Shown piece after piece: positions 38,280 to 49,502 of a stretch of 64,000 bases of DNA. The stretch lies in assembly GCA_964270895.1 (NCBI GenBank), contig OZ185443.1. One strand, written 5' to 3'. Position 1 is the stretch's first letter. Each line of letters begins with the position of its first letter. The position numbers were made by a program, and so were the translations under genes. The stretch comes from Podarcis filfolensis. Taxonomy: Eukaryota. A model generated the notes under the pieces. The model searched no databases and had not been told where the DNA came from. It saw only the letters and a list, made by a program, of their open reading frames with translations.

Positions 38280-38620
38280 CTGCATTCACATGGCAGGTCA
38301 TTCCATTTCCCTCACTTTCCCCTACCTCTTCCTTTCCACATTATATTTGAGCTTTCACACAACAGAAAACCCACTTCAGGAAAGCTAATAGAATACAGCA
38401 CATGTCTAGCACTCATGTCTGTGTTATCTGATTCCAGAAAAAACCCATTTGCCCTTAACCCTGAAAATCATGGAAGTGCTGAAATTTAGGGTGGTTTGCC
38501 AACATACAGGTTTTTTTCCTGCTTTTTTCAAGAGGGAATCATGAGTGCCTGTATGGAAAGGGTGGGGAAGGAGCAACATTGCCAGATAACTTTTGTTGTT
38601 GTATCACACCACGCATACTA
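38280..38620 (+). repeat. Old dispersed repeat, partner of 35290-35640
   Basis: See the 35290 entry. Confidence 0.5.
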
Positions 38621-41600
38621 GTGTGAATGAAATTTAGCATGACATGCTACCATATTGGTCTAAAAGCCACATTTTGATAACACTACAGGTACTTCAGTAT
38701 GAAAGAAACATTGGAAAAAAGGATAGAAGTGCTAACGTTGTCACCAAGCACTGTAGCACAATGTTCATTACGTCTGAATCCACAATTGGTAACCAGTAGT
38801 AACGTTTAGCATTGGGAAGGCAAGTGGGCAACAGTGCCCTGCCTGCACCACCCTGCTGATCTCTGCTGCGTACAATGTAAGTCTACATGCAACAAAGAGG
38901 ATGTTAACTGGCATACCAAATGAATCAAAGCTATGAAGGGTCCATTTCTTTCCTGCCTTCCCCCACCCATTGCAAGAAAAGTCCACACTTGCAAAAACAC
39001 CAGTGAAGTTCTAAAGTGATATAGGACAAGTCTTCAGAAACCAGGAAATCACTGAACCCATCAGATTGTGAAGAGGAGGGGGCAGAAATCAGAAAGTTAT
39101 AAATAGAGCAAAAAGCCATCAAAATCACCCAAGAGACTCCCGCTGAAGTTGCTTTACAAATATGAACTATTATCATAGAGCAAGACAGACAGGCAGCCTG
39201 GCCCCCAGAGTTCAGGCATGATTCCTGCTTCACTGACACATTTCCTTCACACCGTCTTGACAGAAGGTGAAGAGCATTCAACCTGATCAGAAAGAAAACG
39301 GCAATTGATACAGTTCTGTGGTGAACACTTAACTCCAAGACCAAAAGTCATCAAAGTACTTCCTGCTGCCATTTGCTATGAAATCAACAAGGCAATGATG
39401 GGAAGTGAGCTGAATACCAAACAGTATGGAGGCATCTCCAAAAGTTGGATACATTGGCATAATCTGTTTATTGTTTCAACAAAGATTGCAGCACCTCCGG
39501 TAGTTGGCAAGCTCATTATTAGGCTATCGCCTCAGGAAAGGCTAGGAGCAAGAAATAGCACACAGCATATCACTTCAGTTGAGCAAGAGTGTCTTTCCTA
39601 CATGTCATAATGGCGCACATAGTTTAGAGAGAGAATGATTTTGGACTGACAGTAGGTGATGAACTGCTGTCTATGGGTGTGGAAACTTTCATTAAAATGT
39701 TTAGTCCTTCAACTTCTCTCCAAAAAACTGTAAGCATGAACCTGTTGTTCAAATGCACAAGTGTATAGAAATGATGGCCAATTTGAGAAGATGCCACCAT
39801 TTTGTTCTGCTTTGCTCCCAGAACAGTCTGTTAGCAATAGCAAATCATAGTAAAAGGCCTACCTGAGCTGACCTACCTGGCAATATTCCACCATAGCAAG
39901 CTGCTTCTGTGTGGTGACTCTTCCCCACCTTCTAGCATATTTTTCTATGTAGATTCTCTAGATCAGATTGAGTGTTTCTATGTAATGAAGCTAGTAGAGG
40001 GTTTACACTGCTTTTTATTAGGAATGAGGAAGCTGTGGCCCTCTAGATATTGTTGAACCCATCAACTTTGACCATCTAGGTCCAATGGTGTCCAACAATA
40101 TCTGAACGGTCATAGGACCCTAACTTGGCTTTTATATGTACCTTTTTGACAGATCTATTGAACCAAGTGTGTTTTGGATATCAGCCTTTAATTATTCTAT
40201 TGAAATATTTTCATCCCTCTTCCTACATATCTATACATTTGCACACATTCACACTTTCCTAATCAAAAGATTCACAAATGATCCATAGCTTTAAGATCTG
40301 TACTTATTACCAGTTGTATCTCCTGACATTCTTTTCGGGGGTTTTCACATTTTGATCTTGTATTCTACTTGTTCTTGAAGCAATCCATCCTCCCACCCTG
40401 CTAGTTCTTCAAGCTAACTATCTTTATCTCGGCGGTCCCATAGGAATACAGATTTTTTAAAAAATAAAAATGTCCTTGTCTATAATGAAATCATAAATAT
40501 AAACTTTATAATTTCACTTTGAACATGGGAAAAAGTTAAGTTATTTAAAAGCATGTGATGGTTTTTTATCTACTCTCCCTGTACTTTGATCCATCCTTTG
40601 AAGATGACTCCAAGAGCATATTCCAGGCATATATTCAGGTAACTTTATTTGCATGTGAGACCCACAGCCACCTATTGAAACATTTGTCATTTTCATACTG
40701 ACAGAGACAAATGTTTTAAACTGATTCACATTTTCGGAGAAAATGATGGCAATCAAAAGCTTTAGAGTCCCTCCTGGCCGACTGAAGTTTTCATCTGTTA
40801 TATAATCCATTATGTCTGACAATTCATTAGGTTTCAAAAAAAAATATTTTTGAGAGATGAATAAAGCATCAATGGCGATATGGAAGCACAAGCTTTCAGT
40901 CCTCCATACTAATAACATCTTTTTGAGCCATTTGCGCATACCAACTAAGAGCATAGATTTTAATGTGTCAGTTTGGATTTTCCCTGGTGCCTGAATCCAG
41001 CTGAAAGAGCTTACTTGCATGTTTTGATTTGCTTTCTTCCCAAAAAGTATCACTCACTTGGCTGTGTCCTTTGAATCTCAAAGATTAGTTTTGAAGAACA
41101 GCCAAACAAGTTTGGCCTTTAAAGTGTGGGAACTATTTCATCATAGGAAAAGCTCCGGCTAATTACATAACTACTTTATTTTTCCATTTTTTAAAAGGCT
41201 CAGATCTCAAGTACTTTCCATCTTTCTGGACATTTGCATGCAAGCACATGCAAAGTGAGGTCACATGTAATTGTGATGGAGGGTGCTGTTTAGTACATAA
41301 GTTCTAAGGCATGCAGACTGTATACCTCAAACAAAATAACAAGGAAACTGTCTAGACAGGATTTCACAAAGGTAAGAATCATATAATGGTAGGGGACTAA
41401 GTTCTGCTTAGTAAACACAAATGTAGCCTCTGTTAATCTAAATACATAATTGCCAGGACCCTATGAATGGAACCAGTAGACACTTGATCTGTGATCCACC
41501 GCACCCTGGACTCAGATACATTTGTCAAATAACAGTGTTTAAAATGTGTTCTAAACATGCAACATCAGATGGCGCTGTAGAGCACAAAACTTTTATATGC

Positions 41601-44566
41601 AATTTTACAAAGCGGTTTTTTTCTTTGGTTGTAATGGTTGAATTTATCACCTAACTGACCAATCACATTGGTTCTGGGGGCCCCTAACAAAAGTCTCCCC
41701 CCCAAAAAAAAATTGATTGATTGATTGCATTTTTTTCCTGTGTGTAGATCCACCCCCTGTTGCAAGTCACTTCAGGCTATATAGAAAAAACTATGGTATC
41801 TGCTTTATAGGTTTAAGCATATCTCCATCCACCTGCCAGGGCACCTGCATTCCTGGCCCGTCGTGGCTATAAATGCTTCCAAATAAATGTATGGATCTTT
41901 CCTTGGACAACGGTTTGATTCCTTGTCAGTGTTAACTTTGGACTGCTGCATACCAAAAACAGTGTAAGGTCTTAACTAACTCTGGACACCAGAACTAAGT
42001 AACAGCAAACACTACAAAACAGGCCTACGGTTCCCTGAGAGCTACAAAGAGAGAAAGAGTGAAGAGAGAAAGTTAGTTCACATTTCCTAGGCTTTACAAA
42101 CAGGAAGCTCATATCTTGCAAGTGTTCCCCCAAAAAGGGACTTACTGTTTTTTTTTAATTTTGAGATAATTTTATAACGTGTTTTTTTCAGGGGGGGGGA
42201 ATGTACCACAAAATTGCGCAAAATCATGACAAGCCATACGGCTGCCATGCTTTCATGATAAAAAATGGGAAGATGGCAGTCCGGATTTTGGCTTCAAAGT
42301 GTTGGAGGGCATGGAAGCTGTTGCATAAAGGCACAGCAATACTATTTTCCATAACTGTTCAGTGCAACAAATTCAATAAGGCTGTTCAGGTGCATTTCCC
42401 AGCTTGATTACCTATTCAAAAGGATGCTTCCAAAATTCTCCCCATCCCAATGCCTTGCTGGATTTTAGCCTTCCAAATTATCCATTCTTGTTTCCAAAGT
42501 GGAACTGTTGTATTAGGAATCCTGCCATTATTCCTTTAAAAAACCCCCAATGTGTTCTACCTATAGCTAAACCAAAAGAGCACTCTTAGGTCCAAACTAG
42601 AGGACAGGGGGCATTAATCATGTAATGGGGCCATGTGTGTTTGCTATTTCTTCACCAGATAGCAGTCATGTGGAGAGAACTCAACTAGGACCACATTGTG
42701 CAGGGTGCGGGGAGGTCTTCAACAGAGTTTAGTTACACCTTTAAATAACTCCAGTTTAGTGTTACATGCAAACCAAATTTACCAGGTTTTATTTTCAATT
42801 AGCTTCCCTGGTTAGAATGTAAGGCAGCATTTTTTGAAGTGAGACTAAGCTTTGCTGAAACCTTCCCCCTGGCTGTGCGGGACAGGAGGGGAACAAGAAA
42901 GTCCAAACCTTGCTCACACTCACTCACAAACCATGGTTTAGCAGTATATGTGAACCAGCCCCATTGTTTTAACTGTTTGCATTTGATTATGTGGGCATCA
43001 TCCCTAGTCTTTTTTGTAAACAAAAGTTTAGCTCCATGTGTCATCCGATCTTGGAATAGTGGCTAAGCTCTTTCCTCCTTAACCATGAGCTGTAGGCAGA
43101 TTTAAAGCTTTTACCATGTGCCACAGCAAATTAAAAGAACATGGGAGAAGCAAAGTGGATATAAGTTTCTTTCCAGGCATCAACCAGGTATGCATGGTCC
43201 TAATAAACCATCACTTGGTTACTAGGATGAGCGAACCAGGTCAGTCATTGTATACTTGCCTTATCTTTCATATCTGTGGACATTCATAACAACCTATTTT
43301 TATGGCCTTAGTACCAACAGCAGTATAGTTTCACTAATAGAAAATAAATTCCCCACTCTAATCAAAACCAGCTGGAAAAACTGGATGCACATGTTGTTAA
43401 TATTTCATGGAATGCTAACTGAATCCAGCTCTATCTGCAGCTCTTTCTGTGTGTTTACCAGATTTTGGATGAAATAACTGTATGAAAAATCTATCGATTG
43501 CCAGCATCAGACAACCCATGACACAAGATGAGATTATGTACACCAAAGGTTTAGGCACTGGAAAATGTTTGAGGAGGCCCAGTAGAGTATAAGGAACCAC
43601 TTATATTAAGATACTGGACTGAAATCCTGTTCATAGGATTTTTTTTTCAAAGGTTTATTTCATGTATTTGTTGTGTTTAAGGACACCCAGCTTTGAAGTG
43701 GTGTGAGATGAGCCATTTCTGAGGCTTCAGATTGCCTTTCTCTCCAATTTCACTGAGAACATTCCAGAATAAACTGTTTGAAAATGTGCCCTAGAGCTTG
43801 TTGTTGTTGCTGTTTCACTGGGGCTTATTTTCAACAATTAACAGAGGTGTCAGGAATAAAAGGAATGAGAAGGCCCCTGTTGACACCTGGGTTCTGATAA
43901 CAGGCTTGGATAAATGTTCATGTCTCTATCCAGCACCTGATATAGATGTATCTGCCAATTCTCAGGAACGGAAATGAGAACATGGGCCAGAAAAAGTAGT
44001 ACTAGTGCTGATCATCTTTTAGTATCCCCTCAAAACACTCTTACTTAAAGCAAACATTTGATCATCTAACAATTAGCAATGTCCCATCTTTGATTTGACT
44101 TTTAACTTTGTTTTCTAACAGAAGGGAAAGGAAGGGAAAGGAAAGGATTGTGATGAATATTCACATATTTAACTTTACAGCAAGTCAACTATTCGCAACA
44201 GTAGAGGTTCCCATTAGGGAACCACAGGGTCTCTCAATTGCAAGCTGGAGTATGGGTGAGAAGCTGTAGTTCTCTGGATACTAGATCAGAACTCACATTG
44301 GCTAAGCTGGTTAGGGCTTACAGGAGTTGGGAAAACAGCAGCATCTGAAGGGCCACAGGTCTCCCAACCCCGGTCTAGAGCTAAGGGCAGACTGGAGTCA
44401 TGCATTAGAAGGGAAGGTTATATAACATTCTGTCTTAAGGAAATTTTCTGCCTCTGCTCTGTTGATAACAGAGCAAGCAGGAGAAAACCACCCATTCACC
44501 GGGTACAGACAACTCTTGGCTCTACAACAGGCCTGCACCACTTGTAACCCACCAGCTAAATATATC

Positions 44567-45365
44567 TGTCAGAGCTGCCCAAGGTCCCAGCTCACAAAGG
44601 ACCAACGCTGCTTCGTTGTTAAGTACAAAAGTCTTTATTGAAGTTCAGTTTCACTTCCAGAGCCGCAGCGCGCAGCTCTACGTCTCAACTGTCAGACCGC
44701 TGATGCTCCGTCTGAGTCTCCTCCCCCCAGACACCAATTTACTCCACCTCTTCCTCTGTTCCTTCCGCCTCTGGTTCCGCCTGGCCGTTGGGGTCTCGCC
44801 CTTTCTAGACTCTTCTGACGCTGAGTCCCCTGAGCCTTCCCCCTCCCTCCGGCGGGCTTTAGGAGCTGGTTCCCCATCCGGGTCTCCTGCTGTTCCCCGC
44901 GCCTGTACATTTGAACTTGGCGTGCGCGCCCAGCCGGTAACTTTTCTCCTGACCGTTTCACTGCTGCTGCTGTCACTGCTTCCCCCTCTGGGGGGGCTAG
45001 CTGCAACTGACCTCCCCTCCGTTGGAGGCGTGGTCAGCCCTGACTCACTCTCTCTCCCCGCTGGAGGAGACGCTGGCCCTGACACATGTGACTCTTCCCC
45101 CCCACTACGCTCTGGTGGGGAAACTGGTCCCGATCCCCCACTGCTGCTTTGGGGTTCCCCTCTGGCTCCTTGTTTCTGGTGCATCCCCCCTGGGACCCCC
45201 CTTGCCCTGACCATCGGCGCCCCCTTCTGGGAATCTTCTGATTCGCTGGAGAAGCTCATGGAATCTCTCGGGCCACTGTCATACTCCCCTACGCTGCCCT
45301 CGGATTCTTCCCCTTCGCTCTCCATTTCCTCTCTCCCCAGTGCTCCTGCTCCTGAGTCCCTGACA
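44567..45365 (-). mobile_element. Solo LTR (799 bp), probably Gypsy-like or retroviral
   Basis: TGTCAG...CTGACA terminal inverted hexamer; perfect 5-bp TSD ATATC (44562-44566, 45366-45370); AATAAA on the minus strand at 44639-44634, ~70 bp from the LTR end; GC- and CpG-rich against an AT-rich background. Superfamily is inferred. Confidence 0.88.
44678..45325 (-). CDS. LTR-internal ORF, 215 aa, low complexity: acidic/Ser N-terminus, Gly/Pro/Ser middle, Arg/Lys-rich C-terminus; function unknown
   Basis: ATG at 45325-45323 (MESEGEESEGSVGEYDS...) open to the stop at 44680-44678 (...RRNQRRKEQRKRWSKLVSGGRRLRRSISGLTVET*). No evidence of expression. Confidence 0.35.
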   Translation of the reverse strand: MESEGEESEGSVGEYDSGPRDSMSFSSESEDSQKGAPMVRARGVPGGMHQKQGARGEPQSSSGGSGPVSPPERSGGEESHVSGPASPPAGRESESGLTTPPTEGRSVAASPPRGGSSDSSSSETVRRKVTGWARTPSSNVQARGTAGDPDGEPAPKARRREGEGSGDSASEESRKGETPTARRNQRRKEQRKRWSKLVSGGRRLRRSISGLTVET

Positions 45366-46494
45366 ATATCTAACAAGCCATATATAGTGGTGACCCATCA
45401 AAGACAACCCTTGGCTCTACAACAAGCCTGCACACTTGTAACGCACAAGTTAAATATATCTCAAAAGCCATATATGGTGGTGACCCATCAAAGGTTTGAT
45501 AAAGCAAGTTTTGACAGCCTGCTTGGGACTGCTACAGGAAGCAATCACTATACAGACCACAATGCATAGCTAGTGGGCTGTGTTTGGACAGATAAACCAC
45601 ACATTCTGCTGGCTTGAACAATGTTTGAGAATATAATTCCATCTAGAAACCCTTTATGGTTGGGGGTACTATAATATATCAAAGCCATAACAACTTCTTT
45701 GTACAATCTCTAGAGCAAGCCATGGGGCACTTGGTGGTGAAGAACAAATAACTTGTTAGAGATGAAGTAAACAAGCAAAGTACTTTTGAACCATGTATAA
45801 AGTCTCCAAGCTATTGAAAACACCTGCTTCTCAAGAACACTTGGTTTTGAATGACATATTTAGACATATGTCAGTGATGTGATAAGCTTAAACCAAGATG
45901 ATGGGTTCTGTTTGCCTGGGGGAGCAGCACAAGTTTCATAGCTAGTTGGGGTCAATGTCGGTTAGAGAAGCACTGCTGAGCTTTTGTTTGTATGGTTCAG
46001 TATTTGCCAGCGAAACACATAGCTTCATAAGAAACATGCACCAAACCACAAATATTTATTACCCATATATTTTCACCATTCGTATTCATTATCGTTGACA
46101 CCCTTCCCTAAGCTTTGTCAATTTTATCTGTAACTACTGAAATAAGTATGTTGAGTGGTTAACATTTCATTTCAGCATTCACGGGTAAAATGTTTCAGTC
46201 ACTTTGGAGGAAATCTAGCCATTACAAGCAAATGTTTGCTCTTCTGAGCATGGGCATGAGGTCTGTTGATAATTGCAAAGATCTAAGAAGATTGCCACCT
46301 TTTGGAGAGGATTTTTGTACCCCTAGATTTTTTTAGAGGATCCGCTGCTATTAGTTGGAAATCACTTTCATCACTGGAAAGATATCTCTAAAGCGTGAAC
46401 TCCATGTTCATACCTTCAGGCATGCAGGAGCGCAGGTGCAAAAGAGGAAAGGGCTTGAGCTACACTTGCAGGCATTCCCTAGTAAACGTGCAAG

Positions 46495-46640
46495 AGCCCT
46501 GTTCTGTTATACATCTGGCCATCCTGTCTCCTTTCCGCCTCCTTATTTCACTTTGCTCCCTGGGCCCTGAGACATTTAGGGCTTCAAACACCAATGTAAG
46601 CACTTTGAATTCAGCCTGGAAAGGAGCTGGCATTGAGACT
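46495..46640 (-). mobile_element. Degenerate L2 LINE fragment
   Basis: MPAPFQAEFKVLTLVFEALNVSGP resembles LPVRFRAEFKVLVLTFKALNGLGP of the L2 at 55133-55468. Confidence 0.65.
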
Positions 46641-46703
46641 ATCATAATATAAAAGAGGATTTACCATACAATCACAGTTAAAGAGACAGAGATGCATAAC
46701 AGA

Positions 46704-47485
46704 GATGCATAACAAGCCAGCAAGCAGAAAGTGCCGAGTTTGAGAATGCTGAGCTCTTCCAGTCAGCTCTAGGTAGTCTGTTGTATCTGTCCCAATGGAG
46801 CAGACCAGACATTGCCTTTGCTACCAACCTGCTAAGTAGGGAAGCGTCAAAGCCCAGTGTGAGTGCTTGGCACGGTATCAAGCGGGTACTGCGCTACCTG
46901 CAGCATACCAAAGACTTCTGTCTTAAGCTGCCAGCTGAAGGTGAGGCGAAGCTCATATGCTATGCAGACAGTGACTGGGTGAATTTGCAGGACCGCTAGT
47001 CTGTGTCTGGGTTAGTGGTAAAGTTTGGGAAGTCACTAATTGGGTGGAAGTCCCGGAAGCAAAGTCTCATTGCACTGTCTTCTACTGAGGCTGAATTCAG
47101 TGCACTGTCTGATTCGTGCCGGGAACTAGAGTTCTATAGATGCTTGGTGCAAGAGATCTATGGGGATTGTAGCTTGCCCATCACGGTTTGGGAAGACAAT
47201 CAACCTTGTTTGAAATTGGCTGAATCTGCGCAATTTAAGGCCAGAACCAAGCATCTGGACATACGCTTCCAAAATGTGTGTCAGAGTGTTCAGTCAGGTT
47301 TGATTCGGCTGAAGTATTGTGCCAGTCACATTAACTTGGCCGATGGATTTACCAAACCTTTAAGCTTCCAGCGTCATGGGGAGTTTTGTGGTGGTTTGGA
47401 GTTGGGGGTAAGTTCTGTACATATTTTCCCCACAGTAGCGCAGGGCGAGAGGGGGGGTGAGGAGAACCTGAGCTTACAGGGTTAA
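46704..47485 (+). pseudogene. Ty1/copia pol fragment: RT C-terminus plus complete RNase H, one in-frame stop
   Basis: FQSALGSLLYLSQWSRPDIAFATNLLSR..IKRVLRYL..YADSDW..DR*SVSG..WKSRKQSLIALSSTEAEF..EDNQ..RTKHLDIRF..NLADGFTKPL are diagnostic copia RT/RNase H motifs. TAG at 46997-46999; frame otherwise continuous. Confidence 0.95.
47446..47457 (+). promoter_or_regulatory. Polypurine tract of the copia element
   Basis: (C)GAGAGGGGGGG immediately before the TG start of the LTR. Confidence 0.85.
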
Positions 47486-47775
47486 ACAGCTCAGAGTGTA
47501 CGCCCTGCCTACAAGTTGGGAGGGGGGAGATTATGCGTCATTATGCGTCATTTCCGAGAGTCTCCAGCCTTTGTTCTTTCTCTCTACTTTCGCTTTTGAG
47601 GAGAGAGGACGTGTTTTCACGATGCTGTTCGCTGTGATAGACAATGGATAGTCTGCTGTAAATAAAAACTGCTTCTAGCTGCTAAGATACTGAGTGGACT
47701 TTATTTAAGCACACTGAAGAAAGCCTTTGAGCTTGCAGCTTTCTCTTGCCGCTGGTTAAACTCTGCGTTTGCTCA
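47458..47775 (+). mobile_element. Copia 3' LTR (right end at 47775, or possibly ~47862)
   Basis: TGAG start after the PPT; AATAAA at 47661-47666; candidate end GCTCA (TGAG..CTCA). CpG-rich sequence continues to ~47862, so the right boundary is uncertain. Confidence 0.75.
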
Positions 47776-47864
47776 GAGCCTTTGGAATGTGGCCTTTGAA
47801 GTCTGGAGGCCTAGCAGAACTGCGCAGCCGAAGCGGGCTGGACGCCAAGGCTTATCTGAGCAAT

Positions 47865-48030
47865 TAACATTCTTCATATCTATCTTCTCTTTTGAGATCC
47901 TTCCAATTTCTCCCATTGTTTTGGATATATTGTAGTACTCCAATAATTTGGCAAGCCACTCTATTTTTGTCGGTACAATACCACTTTTCCAGTTTTTCAC
48001 AATCAATAGCCTATTGATATTTGGTTGCAA
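47865..48030 (-). mobile_element. L1 LINE ORF2 C-terminal fragment
   Basis: RLLIVKNWKSGIVPTKIEWLAKLLEYYNISK resembles the C-terminal region of non-mammalian L1 ORF2; strongly A-rich sense strand. Confidence 0.6.
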
Positions 48031-49451
48031 CTCTTTTATTTGTTCAATAGTTGTATAGTTTACTGTTGTAGGTCTCACTAGGACATTCTGATGAAAGGCA
48101 GGTAAGAAAGCTAAATAATAAAATAATAGAAGTAAGCCCCAATGAATCCAATGGGATTTACTCAATGGAATGCACCCTCTTACCATGGGAGTGTCCCACC
48201 CTTATCCAGGTAATGCAGCAATGCTGGTATTAGAAGGGCAGCTCCACACTAACACACTAGCTGCTATTGTTCTACACATGAGGATAGGTGCTAGGGCTAA
48301 CTGGGCCACTCATGGTCTGTGATACTTTGCATTGATAGATCAAGTGTTCATTATTGTGTTCCCTTCCATCTTGTCTTTAAGATAATATATAATTTTTGAA
48401 AATGATGTAATATATATCACATGTACAAACACAGCTATATGTGTGTATATAAGTATGGAAATGACTTCCCAAAGAATGCTTCCATTCTATACAACTGAAC
48501 AAATTTTTGGCCATTGAAGCTGAGAGAAAGTCAAGACTCACAAGGGATACTACAACCTGAGGTGGATGAAGGTTATTTATTACTCTATAGAAACCTTCGG
48601 AAACTGAACTTTCAAACTCGATTCCACAGTGACTAGTTAACAAGCAGGACAAGTGAGAGCAATTTAAGAAAGAGGACTCCAGGAGATAAAAGATAATTGG
48701 AAAGTGTCACCATTTCCTTGCCCTCATGGGAAGCGTTAAACACAAGAAACAATCCGAAAATGTCACCCTTTTCTTGTATCCAGTGAGGTAAACATGGAAA
48801 TTAATGTTTCCAGCACAACAGATTAGAAGAGCAAATAAAACGTATTTAACTGAAAGAAAGACTAGCTCTTCAAAGGCTGTATTTACCTCTCCTTCAGTGT
48901 CCTCACCAAACAATTCACCAAGCAAAGCAATTCCTTCTCCTATTTCCTGAAGGAAGTCCTATTGTTTGTTTGGAAGAGCTGAGATACAATGCTTCACAAT
49001 GCATTGACTGCTCCCTATAAGGTCTAGCTATCAGAAACAGCAGATTAGGTGGTAAACATGTTTCTGGCTTATGTCTGCAGAGGAGGAACCACAGAACAAA
49101 ATAGGTTTCCCACAAAATAGTATTAAAAACTGCCATGCTGGGAGGAAGGCCTATTTAGAATCTTGACACCTAATTTCCTATGTGCAGGGATTTATGTGGC
49201 CATCTCTTTATTTGTAGGGAGAACAGGAGATGGTCCAAGGCGTTTTGCCATCAAGATGAAGCACAAAATGGCACCTGCACCTTTCCATAGACAAAAGATG
49301 GGTGAACTGGAATTTGAATCTTAATACTAGAAACAGGACAGTGTCCTCCACTGCACCTGAGGCCCGTAGGTTAGCTATGGTTGTAAAGGGCAGGCCATGT
49401 GGCACACATAGCTCTGTCTACGAACAGGAGGATATAGCAAGGGGGTTTCTG

Positions 49452-49499
<48 letters not shown>
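49452..49499. repeat. (AC)n(AG)n microsatellite
   Basis: Directly visible. Confidence 0.98.

Positions 49500-49502
<3 letters not shown>

Larger units (their letters stand above)
44507..45491. repeat. ~90-bp tandem duplication whose first copy is split by the solo LTR
   Basis: Copy A = 44507-44566 + 45371-45401; copy B = 45402-45491 (agacaac-cttggctctacaaca-gcctgcac..ttgtaac..taaatatatct..aagccatatat-gtggtgacccatcaa). Confidence 0.9.

Noticed and set aside
39000-39610. A-rich, stop-interrupted protein-like stretch, possibly a very old LINE
   Set aside because: No RT or endonuclease motif could be recovered in any frame.
40541-41053. Longest non-TE ORF (170 aa, minus strand)
   Set aside because: Starts at a non-ATG codon, has no recognisable domain and no convincing splice sites. 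A rough estimate for 64 kb of ~40% GC DNA in six frames makes one ORF of this length plausible by chance.
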